A DNA stretch of 64,000 bases. Source: Massalongia carnosa (lineage: Eukaryota). Position 1 is the stretch's first letter. Each line of letters starts with the position of its first letter. Of the stretch, positions 32,485 through 45,257 are shown piece after piece. The notes beneath the pieces are model-generated. The model had not been told where the DNA came from and did no database searches. It was given only the letters and a program-made list of their open reading frames with translations. Location: assembly GCA_965645245.1 (NCBI GenBank), contig OZ287074.1:186001-250000 (forward strand), written 5' to 3'. The position numbers and the translations under genes are program-made.

Positions 32485-34291
32485 TTAATCGTCGGCCTCG
32501 CTTAGCTGCTCGGGATTTCGTGCTGCAAGAAGGGCAATAATAGCTGCCCCAACACTCGAACCATCTTTTGCAATACCGATTCTGATCCGACCTTCACCGG
32601 CTGCACCAATTCCTGTCACGTCTCTTAGGGCCTCGCGCATGTAAGTCTCAAATCCGGGATAGAACTCAATCAAACTTCCGTCAACACCAACATCAATCAT
32701 GTCATGCTCGCGGGTAGTGTTCGAAGCATCTCCCTCTTGCAAAACAGTACTACTTGTTAATTCTGGAGTGATGGCACTTACCCCATTATCGATGTTTTCG
32801 CTACTGACACCTGTACCACGCTCATCCTTGTTTAACCTTATGGAGCGCAAAGCCTCTATACCCGCAGGCAAAGGGCCCATGGGGCCAGTCAATCTCTCAC
32901 TCTGCAAAACGACTGCTCCAATGGCCATACCAGCCAATCTTGCAGCACGCTTCCCTATCGCGTGTCCAATCACCTTGATCGCTCGAGCATCTTCCACACT
33001 CACTTTCAGGCCCTGAAACCCCATGGAGTCCGCAATCTTTTGCCGTAGAATCACCAAGTCATCTGAGCTGTCCGCTTCTGCGATCGAAAGGATTGATGAG
33101 TCAACGGACCATGGAATATACAAAGACGACTTAGCATCGACCGTTGCGGCAGCGCTTACTCCGTGATCGTCAAAAAGGTTGCTCTCGGGATCCAGATGCA
33201 ACCCTAAAATCGTTTTTCTAAGGAGCTCACCGAGGAACATTCCGGAGACCCGTTTCTCAAACATTTGATTACCGGGATTCAGGCTTACTTCGTTGAGCTC
33301 CATGTCATAGGAGGTGTTTGGGAGAACCATTAAGTCATTGTCGAAGGAGCCCCACTCAATACTGACCAACATTTCTCCTGTAGAGCTGTCATACTGCCCT
33401 TCAAGCGGTTTGGTGATGTTGTGAAGCTTTTCTAAATAAACCCCGTTTGTCCCAGTGCCGAAAATAGCCCCGATCGAAGTGCGTGTCATGCAGACGGGTA
33501 GCGTGTACGCACGAGACATAATCGTGCCGGCTGCATCATTGACAAGGGCTGTGATTTTGACTGGCAGATGTAGAAGGTCAATTTCATGCTGAAGAAGCCT
33601 GCACACGTCCTGTCCAACAATTTGTGGAATATCGAACCCTTTAGTCCAGCGCAATAGTATCCCCGAATCGATTGCGGTTTGATAAACGGGGTAGGAGAAG
33701 GTAAGCCCAAGGCTAAGGATTCGTTGTTGCTCCAATATACCGAAGCAGTCTTGATGGCAAGTTTTAAGAAATACCTCGATGTGCTTTGCAATGAATGAGA
33801 ACAGCTCCGTAGCGTCCTTGACCACCATGAGTTCCGGGGGAATAGCAATTTTAGATTGCATGACACTGAAGGTCGTATCTCCATGGAAGTCGACCGAACA
33901 GACGCGAAGATTCGTACCACCTAGGTCGACCGCCAGCGAGAGCCCCTGAGACGATTAAAGAGATTTTCTGTTATAACGACCGAACAGTATGAATTGGTAC
34001 GGCTACTCACTTCCTCCACACCATTCGCGACGCGTGTAATATACGTAGGAATCTGACACATAGCAGGAGTCCTCTTGCGTAGTCCATCTCCTATTCTGCC
34101 ATTTTAGCCATTTCCAGAACTTTTAGTCTGTTGGTGGGTAACTGACGCATTTCTTGTCGGAATTTCGAGACACACTTGTTGACAGCATCATCGGTGTAAT
34201 GGAATTGAGCCGCTATTCTTGCTGCTTTTCCTTGCAGAGATGATTTCTGCGACGAGTCCAGCGACTCGGAGAAGAAAGAGTGTATCGTCAT
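32485..34291 (-). CDS. Hexokinase family, glucokinase-like paralog (3 exons)
   Basis: Introns 34091-34146 and 33946-34010. Motifs AVDLGGTNLRV, GLTFSYP, WTKGF, VND, IFGTGTNG, EWGSFD, FEKRVSGMFLGE, GVDGSLIE, DGSSVGAA. Alternative start at 34336. Confidence 0.93.
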
Positions 34292-34794
34292 CGCTGCGGT
34301 CGCTCCTCGCGAGTTACTATCAAAGCAAAGCAGCATCAATTAACCTACCACCGACCTCGGTAAGTCGAACCCTCGACCCAACGAACCCCGCCTGTTACCG
34401 AAGGTTGCCAACAGGCCCTAAGTTATTCAATATCGGGGCCTCATATTTCCCACTTCAAGTTTCTCGTCCCGTACTTGTCTGATCATCCCACGTAGATTAG
34501 AATGTAACTGAATTGACCATAGGCCGCATCGAGCAGCATCATGACTGTAGAGCTTCTCAGAGAGCTGCATGGCTTTGGATGTTTGAACCGTTTCCCTAGC
34601 GCCCCCCTGCACTGGTGGCTTATGGCCATTAGAACCAGTGATGGCTTACAGGTGAAGCTCATGAAGTAGGCGAGTGCCCCTCCTCTTCTTCATCGCCTTG
34701 GTCTTCGCGCGCTCCAATAGCATTACAGGTACTATGACCAACAGCTGTTCTTTGTCATGCGACACGCCAGAGCGTCAATACAATTATACCAAGC

Positions 34795-37700
34795 ATGGAT
34801 CTTGTAAGTGCATCAAGTTCGCGACGATTTTTTCCGAACCGCGAGGCTAGACAAGCGAGAACACCTGTACTTGAATATCATAGCCTCCGAGTACTAATCA
34901 TACGTCGGTCGTTCAATGTGTAGTTTCGCAGACACAGAGACAAGAATCGGCAGCACTTGGAAGAGGACCGGGACAAACGTAGTGATGACGAGCAATCGGA
35001 CGGTATCCCCCACAACACTTGGCCGGCTGAGGCGCAGAAGAAGCGGGCTTCTGAACCTGCCATTAGCTTCACTTCTTTACTGGATCCTGGATCAGGTTCC
35101 AGCAGCTACATACGACGAAACGTCTCTGTTGCTGCCTCCGAAGGTCCGGCATCGAGCTTTCGGACTGGGTCGCCCACACCGACCTCGAACTCTTCAACGA
35201 CCGACACCCTGGGGCTGACGATGGTCTACGCCTCGTCGGACCCAAAATTAGACTTAATATTCGTCCACGGACTTGGTGGAACATCGAGAGGAACTTGGTC
35301 GTGGGAGCGCAATCCAGCGAATTTTTGGCCGCCGTGGCTTGGCAAAGATTCGGAGCTTGCAAGGAGTAGGATATTCACTTTCGGTTACAATGCTGCTTTC
35401 ACAGGACAGTATACTACTCTCAACATCCTTGGGTTTGCCAAGGACCTCCTTTTCAGGATGATGACATATTCGGGAGAGCATCAGCAGGATGGCGTAGGGA
35501 TTGGAAAGGTATGTCTCCAATCAGGCTTCTAAGATAATACGAGAGGCTCACCAAGATTCTTGTTTAGTTGCCACTTATTTTTGTTGCACATTCGATGGGA
35601 GGTCTAGTCGTCAAGAAGGTATTACTATGGCTGTCACTATACTTTTTCGCTAAACACTAAGCGCTTCAGGCCTACATCATCGGCAAGTCCGACCAGCAGT
35701 ATACTGATATTGTTGCAAGTATCGCCGCGATGGTCTTCTTTGCTACACCCCACAAAGGCTCAGCATTCGCTCAGACTCTTAACAGCATACTTAAGGCAGC
35801 GCCAGGCGGCACTGCAAAAGCTTATGTGGCAGAGCTGGAAAAGAATTCGAGCTCCTTGCAAGATATTAACGAACAATTCCGAAATATCTGTGGGAATCTG
35901 ACGCTCGTTTCTTTTTATGAAACTCTGAAGACTAGCCTTGGGGCCGGTATAAAAAAAGTTGTCAGTACATGAATTGCAGAGTATCATCGTTCCATCTCAA
36001 GAGGTTTCTGATAACGATAGATTGTTGATCGCGATTCCGCACTTCTTGAATATCCTGGCGAAACCTCAAGCTCTTTGATCGCGGATCACCATGGCATGAC
36101 GAAGTTCAAAAACCCTCTTGATACAAACTACGTTAATGTCAGAATCCTTTTAAGATGGCTTATGAAGAATATTGTTCATGACGACAATACAGAGCAAGGT
36201 AGGAAAATGTCACCATCAATTACCCTGTGAGAGTCTATAGCTGAAAATGATGAAAGCTTCGACTATTGGAAATAGCAAGGTAATAAAGAGCTCTTCAGGA
36301 TATGTAAATACATCATCGAATGAAGTACCTATCGAGAAGCGTCTCATGGATATTCTGGGGATATCTGAAAGTGTGGAGGATGACCTAGAATTTCTGGCGG
36401 ATAGGACAATGCAAGGCTCTTGTCAATGGCTTTTACAACGGCAAGCTTTCCAGGACTGGGTCGGAGACAGCTCGATCCCTTCCCGCTTGCTGTGGCTAAC
36501 CGGGAACCCTGGGTCGGGGAAGTCCACTCTGGCAAGTTTTGTGATAACTTCGCTCAAGAAGAGAACCTTTGCTGGGACCTGTCATTACCATTTCTTCCTT
36601 GCTGGGCACCAGACCAAGAGATCTCTTTCGTATCTTCTTCGAAATATTGCTCTACAGGTAGCGCTATCTCACGAGGCCTTCTGCTTGCTGCTTCTAGAAC
36701 TTCACGATAATACCGGAATGATTTTCAGTCAACAGAAAGCGATTATCATCTGGGAGAAGATATTTGAGGGGCTTATCTTTCGGCTGTCCTTTCAGGACCC
36801 TCTCTTTTGGGTCTTTGACGGTTTAGACGAGGCTGAGTCGCCTACAGAACTGATAAAGTTCCTTTCGAAAATTAGATCTGCTACGAGAATCAATGTACTA
36901 TTGGTGAGCCGTGCGACCAAAGACTTGGTCAAGGACATCAACGATTACCTACCAATGACAGTTCATGAGGTAATTTCGGCTGATGACAGTTTAGAGGACA
37001 TCCGGGCCTATGTGCGCACATCAATTCGGAAGATCCTTCCTAGTGATCGTGCACAGGATGATGCGATCCAAGAGATTTTATCCAAAGCCTCGGGGTCCTT
37101 CTTGTGGGTTAAATTAACATTAGACAGGATCAGAGACAACTGGTATACCAAGGATGATATAAAACTTGCCTTGACCGAGATTCCCGCGGGAATGGAGCCT
37201 TTGTATGATCAAATGATAGAGATCATCGCCAACCAACCTTCAAAACCCCGGGAGATGGCCATTCGGATTCTGACATGGGTAGCATGTTCCTTCAGACCCC
37301 TCGAAGTCGCCGAGCTCGAAGTTGCCCTCAGACCTGACTTCAAAGATTTTGTCAACCTTGCATACACTGTGGAAGAAATATGCGGACACTTTGTGGTAGT
37401 CAAAAAGTCGAAAATCGCGCTTATCCACGAAACAGCTTCCCAGTTTCTACTACGCAAAACATCAAACTTACATGTTAGGATACTTGAAAATGAAGGCCAT
37501 AATCACATCGCTGTGGTCTGCATCCAATTTCTCTCGAATACTTCTAGATGGAGACGGGTGTTCACTACAATTCAAGTGCAACAACATTCTAAATCTCCGT
37601 TATTGAGCACTAAAGTTTTTGATGAGTACCCATTCTTGGCTTATGCGTTGTCCTTTTGGGCGTATCACGTCAGTCTTGCTTCTATAGACTCAGACGATCT

Positions 37701-40074
37701 CCTAAGAACAGTTCTAGATTTCTTGGAAAATCATTGTCTTCTTTGGATTAACGGTGTTGCTTTGTTCCGAACCCTTCGCAGCTTGACACAAGCAGCTCAA
37801 CACCTAAAAACATTCATTAAGAGGAGAGCATATGCTGTCTCGAAGCGACTGCCAACAAGCTTCGCGCTGGCCCGTGATGGTGAATTGCGCCAATGGGCGA
37901 ATGATATTATTCGTGTGGTCGGGCGTTTCAGTAACAATGTTACCGAATGCCCATCTTCTATTCACAAATATGTCGTTCCCTTTTGCCCAAAGGACTCCAT
38001 CATTCGTAGGTCTTTCGGCCATGGAGGTCGATCAACATTCTCCGTGACGGGCATGTCCTCAAACAGTTGGGATGACTGTGTAGCAAGGCTAGCTATGGGC
38101 GAGGATCAAACAGCATCTAAGGTGTTTTGTAAGGACGCCTTCTTTGCAACACTTGTCAGTGTAAATGGCACTCTCATAGTGTGGCATGCAGAGACTTGTG
38201 AAGAGGTAAGGAGATTCACTCATGGGGAGTATGTTAGTTATATGACTAGCAGTAAGACATCAAATCTTGTGGCAACAGCAGGCTATCAGACAACGAGAGT
38301 ATGGGACATTACTACAGGCGAGGAACTCTATCGTCTGCCTAAGGAACGTCACCATCACACCAGAGCAATGGCATTTGGAGCTCAAGATGATACATTGCTC
38401 GTTGCTTACGACGATTGTTCTGTACAGTGCTTTGACTTGGCAACAGCTCAAGAGAAGTGGCGGTTCTTAGCGAAAGAGCCAGGTACTTTAGACCACAACT
38501 GTGCCCGATTTATGGCCTTTAATATCGATTTGACACAAATTGCTATCGTTTTCCGTGGTAGGCCTGTAGTCGTGTGGACTATACAACCCTCATCTTCTTC
38601 TTACCTCCTACCGAAGAGATGCGTCCTCACGGAGGACAACATACGGTCGACAGCCGAAGGCGATGCATGGAATGCTCCTGAAATGGCCTTGTGGCAGCCG
38701 GGCACTGATCACCTTTTAATCTTGTATGAGGATACGAAAATCGTTCACTGGAATTTGACAGACGATGAGCAGATGCAGTACAGCCACATGGACGCTCGAG
38801 GGATGGTCTTGAGTCCGGATGGGAATCTCCTCCTTACTAGCGACGTAAATGGGACACTCAGTATCTGGATGGTACCTGAATATCGCCTCATCTATCAACT
38901 CAAGTATGAAGAGCTTGTGACGGACTTAGCATTTTCGGCCGATGGGACCCGGTTTTACGACATTCGGGGTACGTTTTGTAATGTTTGGGAACCAGACGCT
39001 CTTATTAGACCAAACGAAGTCGATCAAGAAGACATTTCAAGCACCAACGAGACAGTCATTTCAGAACCCGTCATTTCTAACGATGACAACTCCCGGGTAC
39101 CGATCACTGCGTTAGCCTGCGATTCATCAGACAGATTCTACTGCTACGGAAAGGAAGATGGATCAGTGGTGATTTGTGATATACCAGGCGGCAAGAAAGT
39201 CCGAAAAGTAATAAGTCACTCCACTTCGGTGTCTGTCATAAAGCTTGCCTGGTCGGTTTCAGAGAAATATCTCGCGTCAGCGGATGATTCTGGACGCATC
39301 ATTGCAAAACGGCTAGAACCACCTAGAAAGGGGAAGGGAAAATTTGCGGTATTTCCAGTGTTCGATGTGCGTATCGATGAGGCTGTGGAGCAATTTCTAT
39401 TTAGCGCTTGTGATGAGTTCCTGCTTATTTCTGGCCGAACTACTGCACGTGTCATGAATCTCAAGACGAAGGAACAGGCCTGCCGTATAAGCCACCAATA
39501 TCAAGTGGATGGAGTGTGGATAAATCATCCATCAGCCTTTACAGACTTGATAAGAGTTAGTGCCGATCACGAGCGCCAATATCGATGGAAGACTCTTACA
39601 CCCAAAGACGAAACAATAACTTCATCGCTGCAAGCCGCCCATCTCGCTCAATCCTCGTGTATTGTCCAAAGGATGATGACTATCCGAGGCCACTGGCTGG
39701 TTCTAGAAGTCTTAGCGATCGGCCGCAATTACGCAGGCTCCCACAACCGCCATATAGAAGTACTTGATCTGCATAGAATACAGGATTCTACGAACACAGA
39801 AGCTTCAACGAGGCAGAGAATCGAAGGGCTTGCGAAACATGTCAGACGTCTGATAGGATGCTTTCAAGATCGGGTCGTGTTCATGGATCACCAGTTTTGG
39901 CTATGCACGTGGGATTTTGAGCCGGTGTATAGCAAGCACAAACGCCACTTCTTCCTCCCGAAAGACTGGCTAAGTTCTACAGCATTAAGGGTGATAGGCT
40001 TGAATAGTCTAGGGACATTGCTTTGTCCGAGGAATGGTGAGGTTGCAATTGTTCGATCGGGCTTGAAATGTTGA
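34795..40074 (+). CDS. NLR-like STAND protein: alpha/beta-hydrolase (SesB/PGAP1-like) - NACHT - winged helix - WD40
   Basis: Predicted exon 1 ATGGATCTT|GTAAGT; LIFVHGLGG, AHSMGG nucleophile elbow, FATPHKGS, ADHHGMTKF; Walker A GNPGSGKS; Walker B VFDGLDE; GSFLWVKL; IHETASQFL; divergent WD40 repeats to the C-terminus. Confidence 0.9.
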
Positions 40075-40470
40075 GAGACTGGACCGCAGATATCCTCAAA
40101 AAGTCTACACACCGCACAGGCAATTAAAGTGTCTTCGAGTCTCTACGACTTTCTATGATTATACTTGAGATTCAATGATTAGTATTGGTTTTTTTTATTT
40201 TTTATTCAATAAGTGTATGCAACCTAAGGTTATGACACTGATTTTTAGGGTTCGGATACGGGGACACCGGGTAGGATGCATGTACACCGGGCACTTGATA
40301 CATATACACCCTCTTCCCAAAAAGGTAAAGGGCCGGCACATTTCGCACCACTTTACCTTTCTTGGTTAACAGATGAAAAATCAGATGGTGATTTGAAAAC
40401 TATGCGGCAATGAAGTTTTCAGCATTGATCTGTTGCATCTCATCAAGATTGATAAGATGACATCTTCTAG

Positions 40471-42706
40471 CTACTCGGTCGCAATTGCCTTGTCAGTCCT
40501 ACCCCTTCTTCCCCTGCCCGCCCTGCCCCCCTTGCCCGCCTCGCCGACCTTTTTCGCCTTGTCCGCCTTGTCCGCCCTGTCCGCCCTGTCCGCCCTGTCC
40601 GCCCTGTCCGCCCTGCCCGCCCTGCCCGCCCTGCCCGCCCTGCCCGCCCTGCCCGCCCTGCCCGCCCTGCCCGCCCTGCCCGCCCTGCCCGCCCTGCCCG
40701 CCCTGCCCGCCCTGCCCGCCCTAGTTGCTGCTTGAGTCGCAGGCCTGGATGAGGCACGAGTGCCTGCCACCTCACCTTCATCTCGTCGTCGCTCGCGCCC
40801 GCGCCCGCGCCCGCGTCCCGCTGGTGTAGCCTCGGCTCTTGCCAGAACTCGTTCGATATCCGCTGGCAGTTCATTCCCATGTTGCTCTGCTATTTCACCT
40901 TCAACGATTTCGAATTGAGATGGATTCCGATAGGTGGAGTTGTCCAATGCTTGTCTACGATTCTCCGCCCCTGCAGGACGTCCTCGAGGTTGGACAACTG
41001 CTGGTTCTTCCACCTGAAGTAGCGGATCGAGAGCTGGATCATTGATTGGATCAGGTAAGGAAGATCTTTCAACCCTCCAATAAGGATGGACATCTTCCAA
41101 AATCAGACATCCCTCAGGTCCGAATAAACGTTCCTGCATTTTGTGACTGCATGGTAATCCGGTAGTAGTTGTAAAGCTTCCAGTGCAACGATTGACTGCT
41201 GTTGCTTGGTCCGTCAACAGTCTGTATTGATCATCCATTCTTCTCAATGCGTATGGGGTTACGAACGCCGCGATGCGATTGAAAACTGGTTTTCGAAGAT
41301 CCATAGGGTATCGCATCTTCGCTTCGTCAAAGGCTATCATGTAATTTTGTCGCTCGTTGATTAGAAGTAGGTTGATGCCATCTACAACTGTTTTCAAATC
41401 TCCTACAGCTCAGTCAGTATTGAATGTTTCTTAGGGTTGTACTCATTACCTGTTGATACTCCGAGATGACGTTTAAGAGCTGCGTGCCCCCCCTCACCTC
41501 TAGAAGTAGTTGTGGTTCCGAAATGTAACACCTGATCGGTTTGAAATTTCACGAAGCGACGATGAAAGGACATGATGTACGTTTCTCGCAGATAATCCAA
41601 ACATTCTCCATGCGTTAGATAGTAGGTGTCATTCATTCCCTGCCACGCCGACTCGTAATCAACTCTGGAAGCGGCGTACAGAAGTCCAGGTGGATATGAA
41701 GTCATCCCATGCTTCTTTGGTATTGAAGTCCTTCTTGCAATTTGCCGTCACATTCTTGTTGATATGCCAAAGACAGAGCAGATGATTCGTATTGGGAAAG
41801 ATCAATCGCACGGTATTCATCAACCCACGTTCCATGTCGGTCACAACAACCACCGGATCTGGAAGTTGCAACTGCGCATACAACGATTTCAATTGTCCCA
41901 ATGTCCACTCATAATCCACCTGCTTCTCCTTTGCCATGAAGCAAAACGCGACATAGAAATTAGTATGTAGGGCCATTTGCCCGCTGATGATCAGCAACGG
42001 AAGTTTATATCTGTTGGTTTTGTAGGTGCAATCCATGACCAGAACTCCATGATTGACCTTCAGTAGAGTTTGGGATGTTCCTCTCACGAAGAATAAGTGG
42101 GTGATCTGATTGCGAATGTCTTTCTGATAGTTGTACGTCCAGTCGTTTTGATCAAGTTCCTGCATCAATGCCTGAACCGGGGTTAAAGGACCTAGAGTAT
42201 CTCGTCTCAGCTGTGCCTTGATGTTGTAGATATCTCGAGGCTTGAATAACGGATTGTTGTCATCGGCGTCAATACGAAGGGTGGAGAGAATCTTAGAAGG
42301 AGCTGTTTGCACGGTCAATTATCTAGAGATGTCGTTTAATCTCTTCAGTCATAGCCATTTTGCGTAACGTTTGATGCGATCCAGCAATTGTAGCTTCATG
42401 ATTATGGAATGAGTTGATTACTTCCAATAACCAGGTTCCATCCACTCTGTTTCGCACCGCCGTGACCTTGAACTGACAATCGATGATTCGAGTATTGGTA
42501 TGACGTCTATCCCTGCCTCGAGGTATTCGATTGCTACCTCCCCTGTCGCAGCGCAACCAGACTTTTCTCTTGATGCCAAGATCTGATTTCTTTGATCTAG
42601 CTGTGACCACCGCGTATCCTTCTGAGCCGGCGTGAGTATTGACGCTGAGAATGAGTTCTTCCAAGGTGGAAAAAACCTGGTCATCGTGAGGAGGAGCCAG
42701 AGGCAT
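40471..42706 (-). pseudogene. MULE transposase (FAR1-like Zn domain plus DDE), frameshifted
   Basis: CDRGG...CQF...HNH; MDCTYKTNRYKLPL; TDMERGL; LCLWHINKN; TTSRGEGGH; GLPCSH. Frame breaks near 42320 and 41680; intron ~41403-41449. Confidence 0.9.
40553..40720. repeat. 9-bp minisatellite (CCCTGCCCG / CCCTGTCCG) encoding (RAG)n(RAD)n at the MULE transposase C-terminus
   Basis: Directly visible tandem array with a polar change of unit type. Confidence 0.95.
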
Positions 42707-43126
42707 GATTTGAGAATGATTGAGAAAGATGATGCATCAATTGAAAATTTCAAGATTTTTTCATCTGCTAACCAAGAAAGGTAAAGTGGTGCGAAATGTG
42801 CCGGCCCTTTACCTTTTTGGGAAGAGGGTGTATATGTATCAAGTGCCCGGTGTACATGCATCCTACCCGGTGTCCCCGTATCCGAACCCGATTTTTATAG
42901 TGATTGACTTCACTTTTAAGTAGATCTAATATATAAGTTTTAACCGCGCTTGTATCTCTTTAAAAATTTTGAAAATTGCATGTTAGTAATAATAGTACTG
43001 GTTAATCGAAATAAACTTTCCGATATGTATTTACCAATTTCTATTTATTCTTCAATTTCTCCTCATCCGCCTTCTTCGAATTGTTTATCATTTAATCGAC
43101 CTAATAATCATTTTCTTGTGACAATC

Positions 43127-43190
43127 TGTTGGAATAGGTATATGACTATGGCTATATGTGTTGAAATAGGTATATGACTATGGCTATATG
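43127..43190. repeat. 32-bp tandem duplication
   Basis: TGTTG(G/A)AATAGGTATATGACTATGGCTATATG twice. Confidence 0.85.
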
Positions 43191-43273
43191 GCTATGGTAA
43201 AAATGGTATGTATGACCGTGATGTTAAGGATGAAGAGTGTTGTTCAGCAGTCTTTGTCCCATAACTAGTCACC

Positions 43274-44593
43274 CACGCGGGTGAAAAAAAAAGATGCAAC
43301 GTGGGCCGAGGTTAACCCCTGATCATACCAAAAAATCCTAAATAATCAACAAAATCACGTACTTTCAACTACATCATGCCTTCTAAACGTGGTGCTGTTC
43401 ATTATGATACTCCTCTGAAGGCCAAAGTTCAAGGCGCGCATCAATATCTTTCTGCTAAAGGAATTCCACACGACGTGCGCGATATTTTCAAAGAATTTGG
43501 TGTCAGATCCGAAAGAGCAGGATATAAAATGCTGGAAGAGGGAGCATCGTCACGAAAGCGACATCATATTTCAGAAATAAATGACACTCGAGGACGCAAA
43601 TCAAAAGTCACTGGAGAACAAGTGCGAGAGGCTAATCAAATTCTACAATAAAGGTGATTTAGAGCTCGAAGGAAAGAGATATACTTGGGAACAAATTGCA
43701 ACGGAGGTAGGAGCTGAAGTGGTAGGTCGAACCATGCATAACATTCTTCGAAAGGCTTTGGATTTTGAGAAATGCCTGGCCTGGGTGAAAGGATGGCTTG
43801 ATGAGACTCCTATAGAACGAAGAGTTGAATATGCTTCGGTAATGAAAGCAAGATATCCCAAATCAGAAGACTGGCATCGAGTTCGATTCAGCGACGAAGT
43901 GCACTTCGGACACGGTCCCGAAGGTCAATTGTGGATAATTCGTCAGCCTGGTACTCGATATCGCTGGGATTGTATTCAGCATCGTGATCCTCCACCCGAA
44001 AAGACTCGAAAACAAATGCATTGCTGGGCTGCAGTCGGGTTCAATTTCAAATCTGATATCATATTTTACGATGTTCCGGGCAACAGCAATGGTAAAATGA
44101 CTCATCAGGTCTACATCGACTCCATTCTCGAACCTGTAGTCAAGCCTTGGCTTGACAGAGACGACGACTTCGTTTTGAAAGAAAATGTGGACTCCGGACA
44201 CGGCACCGGTAGAGCGAGAAATACTGTGAAAAAATAGAAGGAGGATTATCGTTTGGAGCATTATTTCAATTGTGCATCATCACCCGATTTTTTTTTCCAC
44301 CATTGAAAACTGCTGGCAACCGATTAAACAGCATGTTCGTAAATATCCACATTGGGATGATGCTACTTTGAAAGAACTGATTCGGGCTGGTTGGGTGTTT
44401 CTCAGGAGTTCATAAATGAACGTGTTCGTTCCATGCCTGAACGACTGCAAAGTGTGATTGACAGTCACGGTGCAATAACTGGCTATTAAACATGTAAATA
44501 ATGATGTTTTGATGAATTTTATGGGAAAGTTTTTGGTGGGGTGATCAGGGGTTAACCTCGGCCCACGTTGCATCTTTTTTTTTCACCCGCGTG
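43274..44593 (+). mobile_element. Tc1/mariner-like element with 52-bp perfect TIRs and degenerate transposase (43376-44489)
   Basis: TIR CACGCGGGTGAAAAAAAAAGATGCAACGTGGGCCGAGGTTAACCCCTGATCA at both ends; RGRKSK, RFSDEVHFG, HCWAAVG, SPD..IENCW; frameshifts and stops. Confidence 0.92.
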
Positions 44594-45257
44594 CTTGGGC
44601 AGTCGTAGGTGCTATGTTCATTGAACTGGTAGGTGTTTACTGTAATGGTAGGAGTTGGATATTCAAAACAATTCGACTGTTGATTTAATTTTCATTCAAG
44701 TTCCTGACATGACATCATTGACACTTACGATTTTCTTAATTGTAGCGGCATAGGTTCCTTCCGGGTCGACTAAGTTACCACTCAAACACGTACGATTGCC
44801 TTAGATAATTCGGTGAGTGATTGACAGGTGTCTAGTCACTTCATGACAAGATTACGGGTAAAACGTTTTTTTTTCTCGATCTCCAGGACATCGCGAAAAG
44901 GGTAAAGAACGTGACATGACTAGGTTAACCGTTGGCTGGATTGAATATAGCTAACCCTGAGTAGATTTGTAAGTTGTTGTCCTGGAAGAAAAAGGCCCCC
45001 ACAAAAAACAAGTTCTTTCAATGCTCCAAATCGAGACATTGACTATATGCCAGCCGTTGCAGCTGATTCATACTTTAAGACGACTTACCCCCTGTAACTC
45101 TTCATTATGGGATCCATTCAAAGTCGATGATCTATATAAGACAACACGTTTGCACAGACTCTGGATTCGCTTGAATGAATGACTCCTCGATTTGATCTAA
45201 TTACCTGTCAATGCGTCTACAATAATTACTTGCATAAATTGACAAGACTTACTCACA

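Larger units (their letters stand above)
40248..42889 (-). mobile_element. Mutator-like (MULE) DNA transposon with ~135-bp TIRs
   Basis: TIR GGGTTCGGATACGGGGACACC... at 40248-~40382 and its inverse at ~42754-42889; TSD GATTTTTA (40240-40247, 42890-42897). Confidence 0.95.

Noticed and set aside
38050..40074. Highly conserved HET-E-type WD40 repeat array
   Set aside because: The WD repeats are divergent, with no near-identical 126-bp units.
40433..40735. (ALP)n and (PPC)n ORFs resembling collagen or metallothionein
   Set aside because: Alternative frames of the 9-bp minisatellite in the MULE transposase.
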